Source: Auanema rhodensis (taxonomy: Eukaryota; Animalia; Nematoda). Taken from it: a DNA stretch of 64,000 nucleotides. The first letter of the stretch is position 1. Each line of letters starts with the position of its first letter. Positions 1-12,300 of the stretch are shown piece by piece. Position numbers and translations under genes: made by a program. The notes below the pieces were generated by a model that ran no database searches, was not told the origin of the DNA, and saw nothing but the letters and a program-made list of their open reading frames with translations. The stretch covers positions 2,604,001 through 2,668,000 of the forward strand of contig OZ059898.1 in the NCBI GenBank assembly GCA_964057225.1, in the 5' to 3' direction.

Positions 1-87
1 ACATACACTAATGCATCATTTTTCAAACGATCATAACTAATTTTTGTATCAAGTGTTTCTCAATGTAATATAGTGCATTCGATGCGG

Positions 88-138
88 ATTTTTAAGCTGC
101 GTCGATCTGTGTTATCAGATTTGCGCTAGCTTAAAAAT
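88..138. repeat. Intra-monomer imperfect inverted repeat (51-nt hairpin/cruciform potential), present in essentially every monomer
   Basis: ATTTTTAAGCT (88-98) is the exact reverse complement of AGCTTAAAAAT (128-138). Inside it, GCG (99-101) pairs with CGC (124-126) and ATCTG (105-109) with CAGAT (116-120), around a TGTTAT loop. Confidence 0.9.
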
Positions 139-155
139 GCACCGAGATATCAACT

Positions 156-177
156 GATATAAGTTCACACTTATATC
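156..177. repeat. Intra-monomer perfect 9-bp inverted repeat with 4-nt loop
   Basis: GATATAAGT-TCAC-ACTTATATC. Confidence 0.9.
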
Positions 178-279
178 CTCGATTTTCACCCTGAAGAATT
201 AATTTTTTCGTTGAATAACATTGTCCATCGTCTTTGCCTTGAAAAATGGAATCTAAAAACATCTACTTTTTGCTAAATT

Positions 280-314
280 ATTTTGAAATTTTTCGAAACA
301 ATTTTTGTCAAAAT
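280..314. repeat. A/T-tract imperfect palindrome centred on TTCGAA
   Basis: ATTTTGA (280-286) and TCAAAAT (308-314) flank TTTTTCGAAA(A/C)A (289-300), which is a perfect 12-bp palindrome in monomers with p299=A. Confidence 0.75.
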
Positions 315-327
315 GTTTTTGGAAGCA

Positions 328-355
328 ATGTTGAGTGTACATGGAAACTCAACAT
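328..355. repeat. Intra-array perfect 9-bp inverted repeat with 10-nt loop
   Basis: ATGTTGAGT-GTACATGGAA-ACTCAACAT. Confidence 0.9.
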
Positions 356-3300
356 ACACTAATGCATCATTTTTCAAACGATCATAACTAATTTTTATAT
401 TAAGCGTTTCTCAATGTAGTATAGTGCATTCGATGCGGATTTTTAAGCTGCGTCGATCTGTGTTATCAGATTTGCGCTAGCTTAAAAATGCACCGAGATA
501 TCAACTGATATAAGCTCACACTTATATCCTCGATTTTCACCCTGAAGAATTAATTTTTTCGTTGAATAACATTGTCCATCGTCTTTGCCTTGAAAAATGG
601 AATCTAAAAACATCTACTTTTCGCTAAATTATTTTGAAATTTTTCGAAAAAATTTTTGTCAAAATGTTTTTGGAAGCAATGTTGAGTGTACATGGAAACT
701 CAACATACACTAATGCATCATTTTTCAAACGATCATAACTTATTTTTGTATTAAGCGTTTCTCAATGTAGTATAGTGCATTCGATGCGGATTTTTAAGCT
801 GCGTCGATCTGTGTTATCAGATTTGCGCTAGCTTAAAAATGCACCGAGATATCAACTGATATAAGTTCACACTTATATCCTCGATTTTCACCCTGAAGAA
901 TTAATTTTTTCGTTGAATAACATTGTCAATCGTCTTTGCCTTGAAAAATGGAATCTAAAAACATCTACTTTTTGCTAAATTATTTTGAAATTTTTCGAAA
1001 CAATTTTTGTCAAAATGTTTTTGGAAGCAATGTTGAGTGTACATGGAAACTCAACATACACTAATGCATCATTTTTCAAACGATCATAACTAATTTTTGT
1101 ATCAAGCGTTTTTCAATGTAGTATAGTGCATTCGATGCGGATTTTTAAGCTGCGTCGATCTGTGTTATCAGATTTGCGCTAGCTTAAAAATGCACCGAGA
1201 TATCAACTGATATAAGTTCACACTTATATCCTCGATTTTCACCCTGAAGAAATAATTTTTTCGTTGAATATTATTGTCCATCGTCTTTGCCTTGAAAAAA
1301 GGAATCTAAAAACATCTACTTTTTGCTAAATTATTTTGAAATTTTTCGAAAAAATTTTTGTCAAAATGTTTTTGGAAGCAATGTTGAGTGTACATGGAAA
1401 CTCAACATACACTAATGCATCATTTTTCAAAAGATCATAACTAATTTTTGTATCAAGCGTTTCTCAATGTAGTATAGTGCATTCGATGCGGATTTTTAAG
1501 CTGCGTCGATCTGTGTTATCAGATTTGCGCTAGCTTAAAAATGCACCGAGATATCAACTGATATAAGTTCACACTTATATCCTCGATTTTCACCCTGAAG
1601 AATTAATTTTTTCGTTGAATAACATTGTCCATCGTCTTTGCCTTGAAAAATGGAATCTAAAAACATCTACTTTTTGCTAAATTATTTTGAAATTTTTCGA
1701 AACAATTTTTGTCAAAATGTTTTTGGAAGCAATGTTGAGTGTACATGGAAACTCAACATACACTAATGCATCATTTTTCAAACGATCATAACTAATTTTT
1801 GTATCAAGCGTTTCTCAATGTAGTATAGTGCATTCGATGCGGATTTTTAAGCTGCGTCGATCTGTGTTATCAGATTTGCGCTAGCTTAAAAATGCACCGA
1901 GATATCAACTGATATAAGTTCACACTTATATCCTCGATTTTCACCCTGAAGAATTAACTTTTTCGTTGAATAACATTGTCTATCGTCTTTGCCTTGAAAA
2001 ATGGAATCTAAAAACATCTACTATTTGCTAAATTATTTTGAAATTTTTCGAAAAAATTTTTGTCAAAATGTTTTTGGAAGCAATGTTGAGTGTACATGGA
2101 AACTCAACATACACTAATGCATCATTTTTCAAACGATCATAACTAATTTTTGTATTAAGCGTTTCTCAATGTAGTATAGTGCATTCGATGCGAATTTTTA
2201 AGCTGCGTCGATCTGTGTTATCAGATTTGCGCTAGCTTAAAAATGCACCGAGATATCAACTGATATAAGTTCACACTTATATCCTCGATTTTCACCCTGA
2301 AGAATTAATTTTTTCGTTGAATAACATTGTCCATCGTCTTTGCCTTGAAAAATGGAATCTAAAAACATCTACTTTTTGCTAAATTATTTTGAAATTTTTC
2401 GAAACAATTTTTGTCAAAATGTTTTTGGAAGCAATGTTGAGTGTACATGGAAACTCAACATACACTAATGCATCATTTTTCAAACGATCATAACTAATTT
2501 TTGTATCAAGCGTTTCTCAATGTAGTATAGTGCATTCGATGCGGATTTTTAAGCTGCGTCGATCTGTGTTATCAGATTTGCGCTAGCTTAAAAATGCACC
2601 GAGATATCAACTGATATAAGTTCACACTTATATCCTCGATTTTCACCCTGAAGAAATAATTTTTTCATTGAATATTATTGTCCATCGTCTTTGCCTTGAA
2701 AAAAGAAATCTAAAAACATCTACTTTTTGCTAAATTATTTTGAAATTTTTCGAAACAATTTTTGTCAAAATGTTTTTGGAAGCAATGTTGAGTGTACATG
2801 GAAACTCAACATACACTAATGCATCATTTTTCAAACGATCATAACTAATTTTTGTATCAAGTGTTTCTCAATGTAATATAGTGCATTCGATGCGGATTTT
2901 TAAGCTGCGTCGATCTGTGTTATCAGATTTGCGCTAGCTTAAAAATGCACCGAGATATCAACTGATATAAGTTCACACTTATATCCTCGATTTTCACCCT
3001 GAAGAATTAATTTTTTCGTTGAATAACATTGTCCATCGTCTTTGCCTTGAAAAATGGAATCTAAAAACATCTACTTTTTGCTAAATTATTTTGAAATTTT
3101 TCGAAACAATTTTTGTCAAAATGTTTTTGGAAGCAATGTTGAGTGTACATGGAAACTCAACATACACTAATGCATCATTTTTCAAACGATCATAACTAAT
3201 TTTTATATTAAGCGTTTCTCAATGTAGTATAGTGCATTCGATGCGGATTTTTAAGCTGCGTCGATCTGTGTTATCAGATTTGCGCTAGCTTAAAAATGCA

Positions 3301-6300
3301 CCGAGATATCAACTGATATAAGTTCACACTTATATCCTCGATTTTCACCCTGAAGAATTAATTTTTTCGTTGAATAACATTGTCCATCGTCTTTGCCTTG
3401 AAAAATGGAATCTAAAAACATCTACTTTTCGCTAAATTATTTTGAAATTTTTCGAAAAAATTTTTGTCAAAATGTTTTTGGAAGCAATGTTGAGTGTACA
3501 TGGAAACTCAACATACACTAATGCATCATTTTTCAAACGATCATAACTAATTTTTGTATTAAGCGTTTCTCAATGTAGTATAGTGCATTCGATGCGGATT
3601 TTTAAGCTGCGTCGATCTGTGTTATCAGATTTGCGCTAGCTTAAAAATGCACCGAGATATCAACTGATATAAGTTCACACTTATATCCTCGATTTTCACC
3701 CTGAAGAATTAATTTTTTCGTTGAATAACATTGTCAATCGTCTTTGCCTTGAAAAATAGAATCTAAAAACATCTACTTTTTGCTAAATTATTTTGAAATT
3801 TTTCGAAACAATTTTTGTCAAAATGTTTTTGGAAGCAATGTTGAGTGTACATGGAAACTCAACATACACTAATGCATCATTTTTCAAACGATCATAACTA
3901 ATTTTTGTATCAAGCGTTTTTCAATGTAGTATAGTGCATTCGATGCGGATTTTTAAGCTGCGTCGATCTGTGTTATCAGATTTGCGCTAGCTTAAAAATG
4001 CACCGAGATATCAACTGATATAAGTTCACACTTATATCCTCGATTTTCACCCTGAAGAAATAATTTTTTCGTTGAATATTATTGTCCATCGTCTTTGCCT
4101 TGAAAAAAGGAATCTAAAAACATCTACTTTTTGCTAAATTATTTTGAAATTTTTCGAAAAAATTTTTGTCAAAATGTTTTTGGAAGCAATGTTGAGTGTA
4201 CATGGAAACTCAACATACACTAATGCATCATTTTTCAAAAGATCATAACTAATTTTTGTATCAAGCGTTTCTCAATGTAGTATAGTGCATTCGATGCGGA
4301 TTTTTAAGCTGCGTCGATCTGTGTTATCAGATTTGCGCTAGCTTAAAAATGCACCGAGATATCAACTGATATAAGTTCACACTTATATCCTCGATTTTCA
4401 CCCTGAAGAATTAATTTTTTCGTTGAATAACATTGTCCATCGTCTTTGCCTTGAAAAATGGAATCTAAAAACATCTACTTTTTGCTAAATTATTTTGAAA
4501 TTTTTCGAAACAATTTTTGTCAAAATGTTTTTGGAAGCAATGTTGAGTGTACATGGAAACTCAACATACACTAATGCATCATTTTTCAAACGATCATAAC
4601 TAATTTTTATATTAAGCGTTTCTCAATGTAGTATAGTGCATTCGATGCGGATTTTTAAGCTGCGTCGATCTGTGTTATCAGATTTGCGCTAGCTTAAAAA
4701 TGCACCGAGATATCAACTGATATAAGTTCACACTTATATCCTCGATTTTCACCCTGAAGAATTAATTTTTTCGTTGAATAACATTGTCCATCGTCTTTGC
4801 CTTGAAAAATGGAATCTAAAAACATCTACTTTTTGCTAAATTATTTTGAAATTTTTCGAAAAAATTTTTGTCAAAATGTTTTTGGAAGCAATGTTGAGTG
4901 TACATGGAAACTCAACATACACTAATGCATCATTTTTCAAACGATCATAACTAATTTTTGTATTAAGCGTTTCTCAATGTAGTATAGTGCATTCGATGCG
5001 GATTTTTAAGCTGCGTCGATCTGTGTTATCAGATTTGCGCTAGCTTAAAAATGCACCGAGATATCAACTGATATAAGTTCACACTTATATCCTCGATTTT
5101 CACCCTGAAGAATTAATTTTTTCGTTGAATAACATTGTCCATCGTCTTTGCCTTGAAAAATGGAATCTAAAAACATCTACTTTTTGCTAAATTATTTTGA
5201 AATTTTTCGAAACAATTTTTGTCAAAATGTTTTTGGAAGCAATGTTGAGTGTACATGGAAACTCAACATACACTAATGCATCATTTTTCAAAAGATCATA
5301 ACTAATTTTTGTATCAAGCGTTTCTCAATGTAGTATAGTGCATTCGATGCGGATTTTTAAGCTGCGTCGATCTGTGTTATCAGATTTGCGCTAGCTTAAA
5401 AATGCACCGAGATATCAACTGATATAAGTTCACACTTATATCCTCGATTTTCACCCTGAAGAATTAATTTTTTCGTTGAATAACATTGTCCATCGTCTTT
5501 GCCTTGAAAAATGGAATCTAAAAACATCTACTTTTTGCTAAATTATTTTGAAATTTTTCGAAACAATTTTTGTCAAAATGTTTTTGGAAGCAATGTTGAG
5601 TGTACATGGAAACTCAACATACACTAATGCATCATTTTTCTAACGATCATAACTAATTTTTGTATTAAGCTTTTCTCAATTTAGTATAGTGCATTCGATG
5701 CAGATTTTTAAGCTGCGTCGATCTGTGTTATCAGATTTGCGCTAGCTTAAAAATGCACCGAGATATCAACTGATATAAGTTCACACTTATATCCTCGATT
5801 TTCACCCTGAAGAATTAATTTTTTCGTTGAATAACATTGTCCATCGTCTTTGCCTTGAAAAATGGAATCTAAAAACATCTACTTTTTGCTAAATTATTTT
5901 GAAATTTTTCGAAACAATTTTTGTCAAAATGTTTTTGGAAGCAATGTTGAGTGTACATGGAAACTCAACATACACTAATGCATCATTTTTCAAACGATCA
6001 TAACTAATTTTTGTATCAAGCGTTTCTTAATGTAGTATAGTGCATTCGATGCGGATTTTTAAGCTGCGTCGATCTGTGTTATCAGATTTGCGCTAGCTTA
6101 AAAATGCACCGAGATATCAACTGATATAAGTTCACACTCATATCCTCGATTTTCACCCTGAAGAATTAACTTTTTCGTTGAATAACATTGTCTATCGTCT
6201 TTGCCTTGAAAAAAGGAATCTAAAAACATTTAATTTTTGCTGAATTATTTTGAAATTTTTCGAAAAAATTTTTGTCAAAATGTTTTTGGAAGCAATGTTG

Positions 6301-9300
6301 AGTGTACATGGAAACTCAACATACACTAATGCATCATTTTTCAAACGATCATAACTAATTTTTGTATCAAGCGTTTTTCAATGTAGTATAGTGCATTCGA
6401 TGCGGATTTTTAAGCTGCGTCGATCTGTGTTATCAGATTTGCGCTAGCTTAAAAATGCACCGAGATATCAACTGATATAAAATCACACTTATATCCTCGA
6501 TTTTCACCCTGAAGAAATAATTTTTTCGTTGAATATTATTGTCCATCGTCTTTGCCTTGAAAAAAGGAATCTAAAAACATCTACTTTTTGCTAAATTATT
6601 TTGAAATTTTTCGAAAAAATTTTTGTCAAAATGTTTTTGGAAGCAATGTTGAGTGTACATGGAAACTCAACATACACTAATGCATCATTTTTCAAACGAT
6701 CATAACTAATTTTTGTATCAAGCGTTTCTCAATGTAGTATAGTGCATTCGATGCGGATTTTTAAGCTGCGTCGATCTGTGTTATCAGATTTGCGCTAGCT
6801 TAAAAATGCACCGAGATATCAACTGATATAAGTTCACACTTATATCCTCGATTTTCACCCTGAAGAAATAATTTTTTCGTTGAATAACATTGTCAATCGT
6901 CTTTGCCTTGAAAAAAGGAATCTAAAAACATCTACTTTTTGCTAAATTATTTTGAAATTTTTCGAAAAAATTTTTGTCAAAATGTTTTTGGAAGCAATGT
7001 TGAGTGTACATGGAAACTCAACATACACTAATGCATCATTTTTCAAACGATCATAACTAATTTTTGTATCAAGCGTTTCTCAATGTAGTATAGTGCATTC
7101 GATGCGGATTTTTAAGCTGCGTCGATCTGTGTTATCAGATTTGCGCTAGCTTAAAAATGCACCGAGATATCAACTGATATAAGTTCACACTTATATCCTC
7201 GATTTTCACCCTGAAGAATTAAATTTTTCGTTGAATAACATTGTCCATCGTCTTTGCCTTGAAAAATGGAATCTAAAAACATCTACTTTTTGCTAAATTA
7301 TTTTGAAATTTTTCGAAACAATTTTTGTCAAAATGTTTTTGGAAGCAATGTTGAGTGTACATGGAAACTCAACATACACTAATGCATCATTTTTCAAACG
7401 ATCATAACTAATTTTTGTATCAAGCGTTTTTCAATGTAGTATAGTGCATTCGATGCGGATTTTTAAGCTGCGTCGATCTGTGTTATCAGATTTGCGCTAG
7501 CTTAAAAATGCACCGAGATATCAACTGATATAAGTTCACACTTATATCCTCGATTTTCACCCTGAAGAAATAATTTTTTCGTTGAATATTATTGTCCATC
7601 GTCTTTGCCTTGAAAAAAGGAATCTAAAAACATCTACTTTTTGCTAAATTATTTTGAAATTTTTCGAAAAAATTTTTGTCAAAATGTTTTTGGAAGCAAT
7701 GTTGAGTGTACATGGAAACTCAACATACACTAATGCATCATTTTTCAAAAGATCATAACTAATTTTTGTATCAAGCGTTTCTCAATGTAGTATAGTGCAT
7801 TCGATGCGGATTTTTAAGCTGCGTCGATCTGTGTTATCAGATTTGCGCTAGCTTAAAAATGCACCGAGATATCAACTGATATAAGTTCACACTTCTATCC
7901 TCGATTTTCACCCTGAAGAATTAATTTTTTCGTTGAATAACATTGTCCATCGTCTTTGCCTTGAAAAATGGAATCTAAAAACATCTACTTTTTGCTAAAT
8001 TATTTTGAAATTTTTCGAAACAATTTTTGTCAAAATGTTTTTGGAAGCAATGTTGAGTGTACATGGAAACTCAACATACACTAATGCATCATTTTTCTAA
8101 CGATCATAACTAATTTTTGTATTAAGCTTTTCTCAATTTAGTATAGTGCATTCGATGCAGATTTTTAAGCTGCGTCGATCTGTGTTATCAGATTTGCGCT
8201 AGCTTAAAAATGCACCGAGATATCAACTGATATAAGTTCACACTTATATCCTCGATTTTCACCCTGAAGAATTAATTTTTTCGTTGAATAACATTGTCCA
8301 TCGTCTTTGCCTTGAAAAATGGAATCTAAAAACATCTACTTTTTGCTAAATTATTTTGAAATTTTTCGAAACAATTTTTGTCAAAATGTTTTTGGAAGCA
8401 ATGTTGAGTGTACATGGAAACTCAACATACACTAATGCATCATTTTTCAAACGATCATAACTAATTTTTGTATCAAGCGTTTCTTAATGTAGTATAGTGC
8501 ATTCGATGCGGATTTTTAAGCTGCGTCGATCTGTGTTATCAGATTTGCGCTAGCTTAAAAATGCACCGAGATATCAACTGATATAAGTTCACACTCATAT
8601 CCTCGATTTTCACCCTGAAGAATTAACTTTTTCGTTGAATAACATTGTCTATCGTCTTTGCCTTGAAAAAAGGAATCTAAAAACATTTAATTTTTGCTGA
8701 ATTATTTTGAAATTTTTTGAAAAAATTTTTGTCAAAATGTTTTTGGAAGCAATGTTGAGTGTACATGGAAACTCAACATACACTAATGCATCATTTTTCA
8801 AACGATCATGACTAATTTTTGTATCAAGCGTTTTTCAATGTAGTATAGTGCATTCGATGCGGATTTTTAAGCTGCGTCGATCTGTGTTATCAGATTTGCG
8901 CTAGCTTAAAAATGCACCGAGATATCAACTGATATAAAATCACACTTATATCCTCGATTTTCACCCTGAAGAAATAATTTTTTCGTTGAATATTATTGTT
9001 CATCGTCTTTGCCTTGAAAAAAGGAATCTAAAAACATCTACTTTTTGCTAAATTATTTTGAAATTTTTCGAAAAAATTTTTGTCAAAATGTTTTTGGAAG
9101 CAATGTTGAGTGTACATGGAAACTCAACATACACTAATGCATCATTTTTCAAACGATCATAACTAATTTTTGTATCAAGCGTTTTTCAATGTAGTATAGT
9201 GCATTCGATGCGGATTTTTAAGCTGCGTCGATCTGTGTTATCAGATTTGCGCTAGCTTAAAAATGCACCGAGATATCAACTGATATAAGTTCACACTTAT

Positions 9301-12300
9301 ATCCTCGATTTTCACCCTGAAGAAATAATTTTTTCGTTGAATATTATTGTCCATCGTCTTTGCCTTGAAAAAAGGAATCTAAAAACATCTACTTTTTGCT
9401 AAATTATTTTGAAATTTTTCGAAAAAATTTTTGTCAAAATGTTTTTGGAAGCAATGTTGAGTGTACATGGAAACTCAACATACACTAATGCATCATTTTT
9501 CAAAAGATCATAACTAATTTTTGTATCAAGCTTTTCTCAATGTAGTATAGTGCATTCGATGCGGATTTTTAAGCTGCGTCGATCTGTGTTATCAGATTTG
9601 CGCTAGCTTAAAAATGCACCGAGATATCAACTGATATAAATTCACACTTATATCCTCGATTTTCACCCTGAAGAATTAATTTTTTCGTTGAATAACATTG
9701 TCCATCGTCTTTGCCTTGAAAAATGGAATCTTAAAACATCTACTTTTTGCTAAATTATTTTGAAATTTTTCGAAAAAATTTTTGTCAAAATGTTTTTGGA
9801 AGCAATGTTGAGTGTACATGGAAACTCAACATACACTAATGCATCATTTTTCAAACGATCATAACTAATTTTTGTATCAAGTGTTTCTCAATGTAATATA
9901 GTGCATTCGATGCGGATTTTTAAGCTGCGTCGATCTGTGTTATCAGATTTGCGCTAGCTTAAAAATGCACCGAGATATCAACTGATATAAGTTCACACTT
10001 ATATCCTCGATTTTCACCCTGAAGAATTAATTTTTTCGTTGAATAACATTGTCCATCGTCTTTGCCTTGAAAAATGGAATCTAAAAACATCTACTTTTTG
10101 CTAAATTATTTTGAAATTTTTCGAAACAATTTTTGTCAAAATGTTTTTGGAAGCAATGTTGAGTGTACATGGAAACTCAACATACACTAATGCATCATTT
10201 TTCTAACGATCATAACTAATTTTTGTATTAAGCTTTTCTCAATGTAGTATAGTGCATTCGATGCGGATTTTTAAGCTGCGTCGATCTGTGTTATCAGATT
10301 TGCGCTAGCTTAAAAATGCACCGAGATATCAACTGATATAAGTTCACACTTATATCCTCGATTTTCACCCTGAAGAATTAATTTTTTCGTTGAATAACAT
10401 TGTCCATCGTCTTTGCCTTGAAAAATGGAATCTTAAAACATCTACTTTTTGCTAAATTATTTTGAAATTTTTCGAAAAAATTTTTGTCAAAATGTTTTTG
10501 GAAGCAATGTTGAGTGTACATGGAAACTCAACATACACTAATGCATCATTTTTCAAACGATCATAACTAATTTTTGTATCAAGTGTTTCTCAATGTAATA
10601 TAGTGCATTCGATGCGGATTTTTAAGCTGCGTCGATCTGTGTTATCAGATTTGCGCTAGCTTAAAAATGCACCGAGATATCAACTGATATAAGTTCACAC
10701 TTATATCCTCGATTTTCACCCTGAAGAATTAATTTTTTCGTTGAATAACATTGTCCATCGTCTTTGCCTTGAAAAATGGAATCTTAAAACATCTACTTTT
10801 TGCTAAATTATTTTGAAATTTTTCGAAAAAATTTTTGTCAAAATGTTTTTGGAAGCAATGTTGAGTGTACATGGAAACTCAACATACACTAATGCATCAT
10901 TTTTCAAACGATCATAACTAATTTTTGTATCAAGTGTTTCTCAATGTAATATAGTGCATTCGATGCGGATTTTTAAGCTGCGTCGATCTGTGTTATCAGA
11001 TTTGCGCTAGCTTAAAAATGCACCGAGATATCAACTGATATAAGTTCACACTTATATCCTCGATTTTCACCCTGAAGAATTAATTTTTTCGTTGAATAAC
11101 ATTGTCCATCGTCTTTGCCTTGAAAAATGGAATCTAAAAACATCTACTTTTTGCTAAATTATTTTGAAATTTTTCGAAACAATTTTTGTCAAAATGTTTT
11201 TGGAAGCAATGTTGAGTGTACATGGAAACTCAACATACACTAATGCATCATTTTTCAAACGATCATAACTAATTTTTGTATCAAGCGTTTTTCAATGTAG
11301 TATAGTGCATTCGATGCGGATTTTTAAGCTGCGTCGATCTGTGTTATCAGATTTGCGCTAGCTTAAAAATGCACCGAGATATCAACTGATATAAGTTCAC
11401 ACTTATATCCTCGATTTTCACCCTGAAGAAATAATTTTTTCGTTGAATATTATTGTCCATCGTCTTTGCCTTGAAAAAAGGAATCTAAAAACATCTACTT
11501 TTTGCTAAATTATTTTGAAATTTTTCGAAAAAATTTTTGTCAAAATGTTTTTGGAAGCAATGTTGAGTGTACATGGAAACTCAACATACACTAATGCATC
11601 ATTTTTCAAAAGATCATAACTAATTTTTGTATCAAGCTTTTCTCAATGTAGTATAGTGCATTCGATGCGGATTTTTAAGCTGCGTCGATCTGTGTTATCA
11701 GATTTGCGCTAGCTTAAAAATGCACCGAGATATCAACTGATATAAATTCACACTTATATCCTCGATTTTCACCCTGAAGAATTAATTTTTTCGTTGAATA
11801 ACATTGTCCATCGTCTTTGCCTTGAAAAATGGAATCTTAAAACATCTACTTTTTGCTAAATTATTTTGAAATTTTTCGAAAAAATTTTTGTCAAAATGTT
11901 TTTGGAAGCAATGTTGAGTGTACATGGAAACTCAACATACACTAATGCATCATTTTTCAAACGATCATAACTAATTTTTGTATCAAGTGTTTCTCAATGT
12001 AATATAGTGCATTCGATGCGGATTTTTAAGCTGCGTCGATCTGTGTTATCAGATTTGCGCTAGCTTAAAAATGCACCGAGATATCAACTGATATAAGTTC
12101 ACACTTATATCCTCGATTTTCACCCTGAAGAATTAATTTTTTCGTTGAATAACATTGTCCATCGTCTTTGCCTTGAAAAATGGAATCTAAAAACATCTAC
12201 TTTTTGCTAAATTATTTTGAAATTTTTCGAAACAATTTTTGTCAAAATGTTTTTGGAAGCAATGTTGAGTGTACATGGAAACTCAACATACACTAATGCA

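Larger units (their letters stand above)
1..351. repeat. Representative satellite monomer (arbitrary phase)
   Basis: One full period. Near-invariant sites: NsiI ATGCAT 11-16, NheI GCTAGC 125-130, EcoRV GATATC 146-151, BstBI TTCGAA 292-297, BsrGI TGTACA 336-341. Confidence 0.97.

Noticed and set aside
156-186. Stem-loops as rho-independent terminators
   Set aside because: The stems are AT-rich, there is no upstream gene, and the context is eukaryotic-type satellite.
206-222. CENP-B-box-like TTTCGTTGAATAACATT
   Set aside because: Matches the TTCG....A part of NTTCGNNNNANNCGGGN but lacks the essential CGGG. A partial match is unremarkable in AT-rich DNA.
1-351. Monomer as a diverged dimer of ~175-bp subunits
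   Set aside because: No convincing similarity between the halves by eye. A sensitive self-alignment would be needed to exclude an ancient dimer.
1-351. Tandem RNA gene (5S rRNA, tRNA, snRNA or spliced-leader) repeat unit
   Set aside because: The unit length is compatible, but I see no 5S/tRNA/SL sequence, Pol III A/B/C boxes or cloverleaf. An Rfam/Infernal scan would be the formal test.
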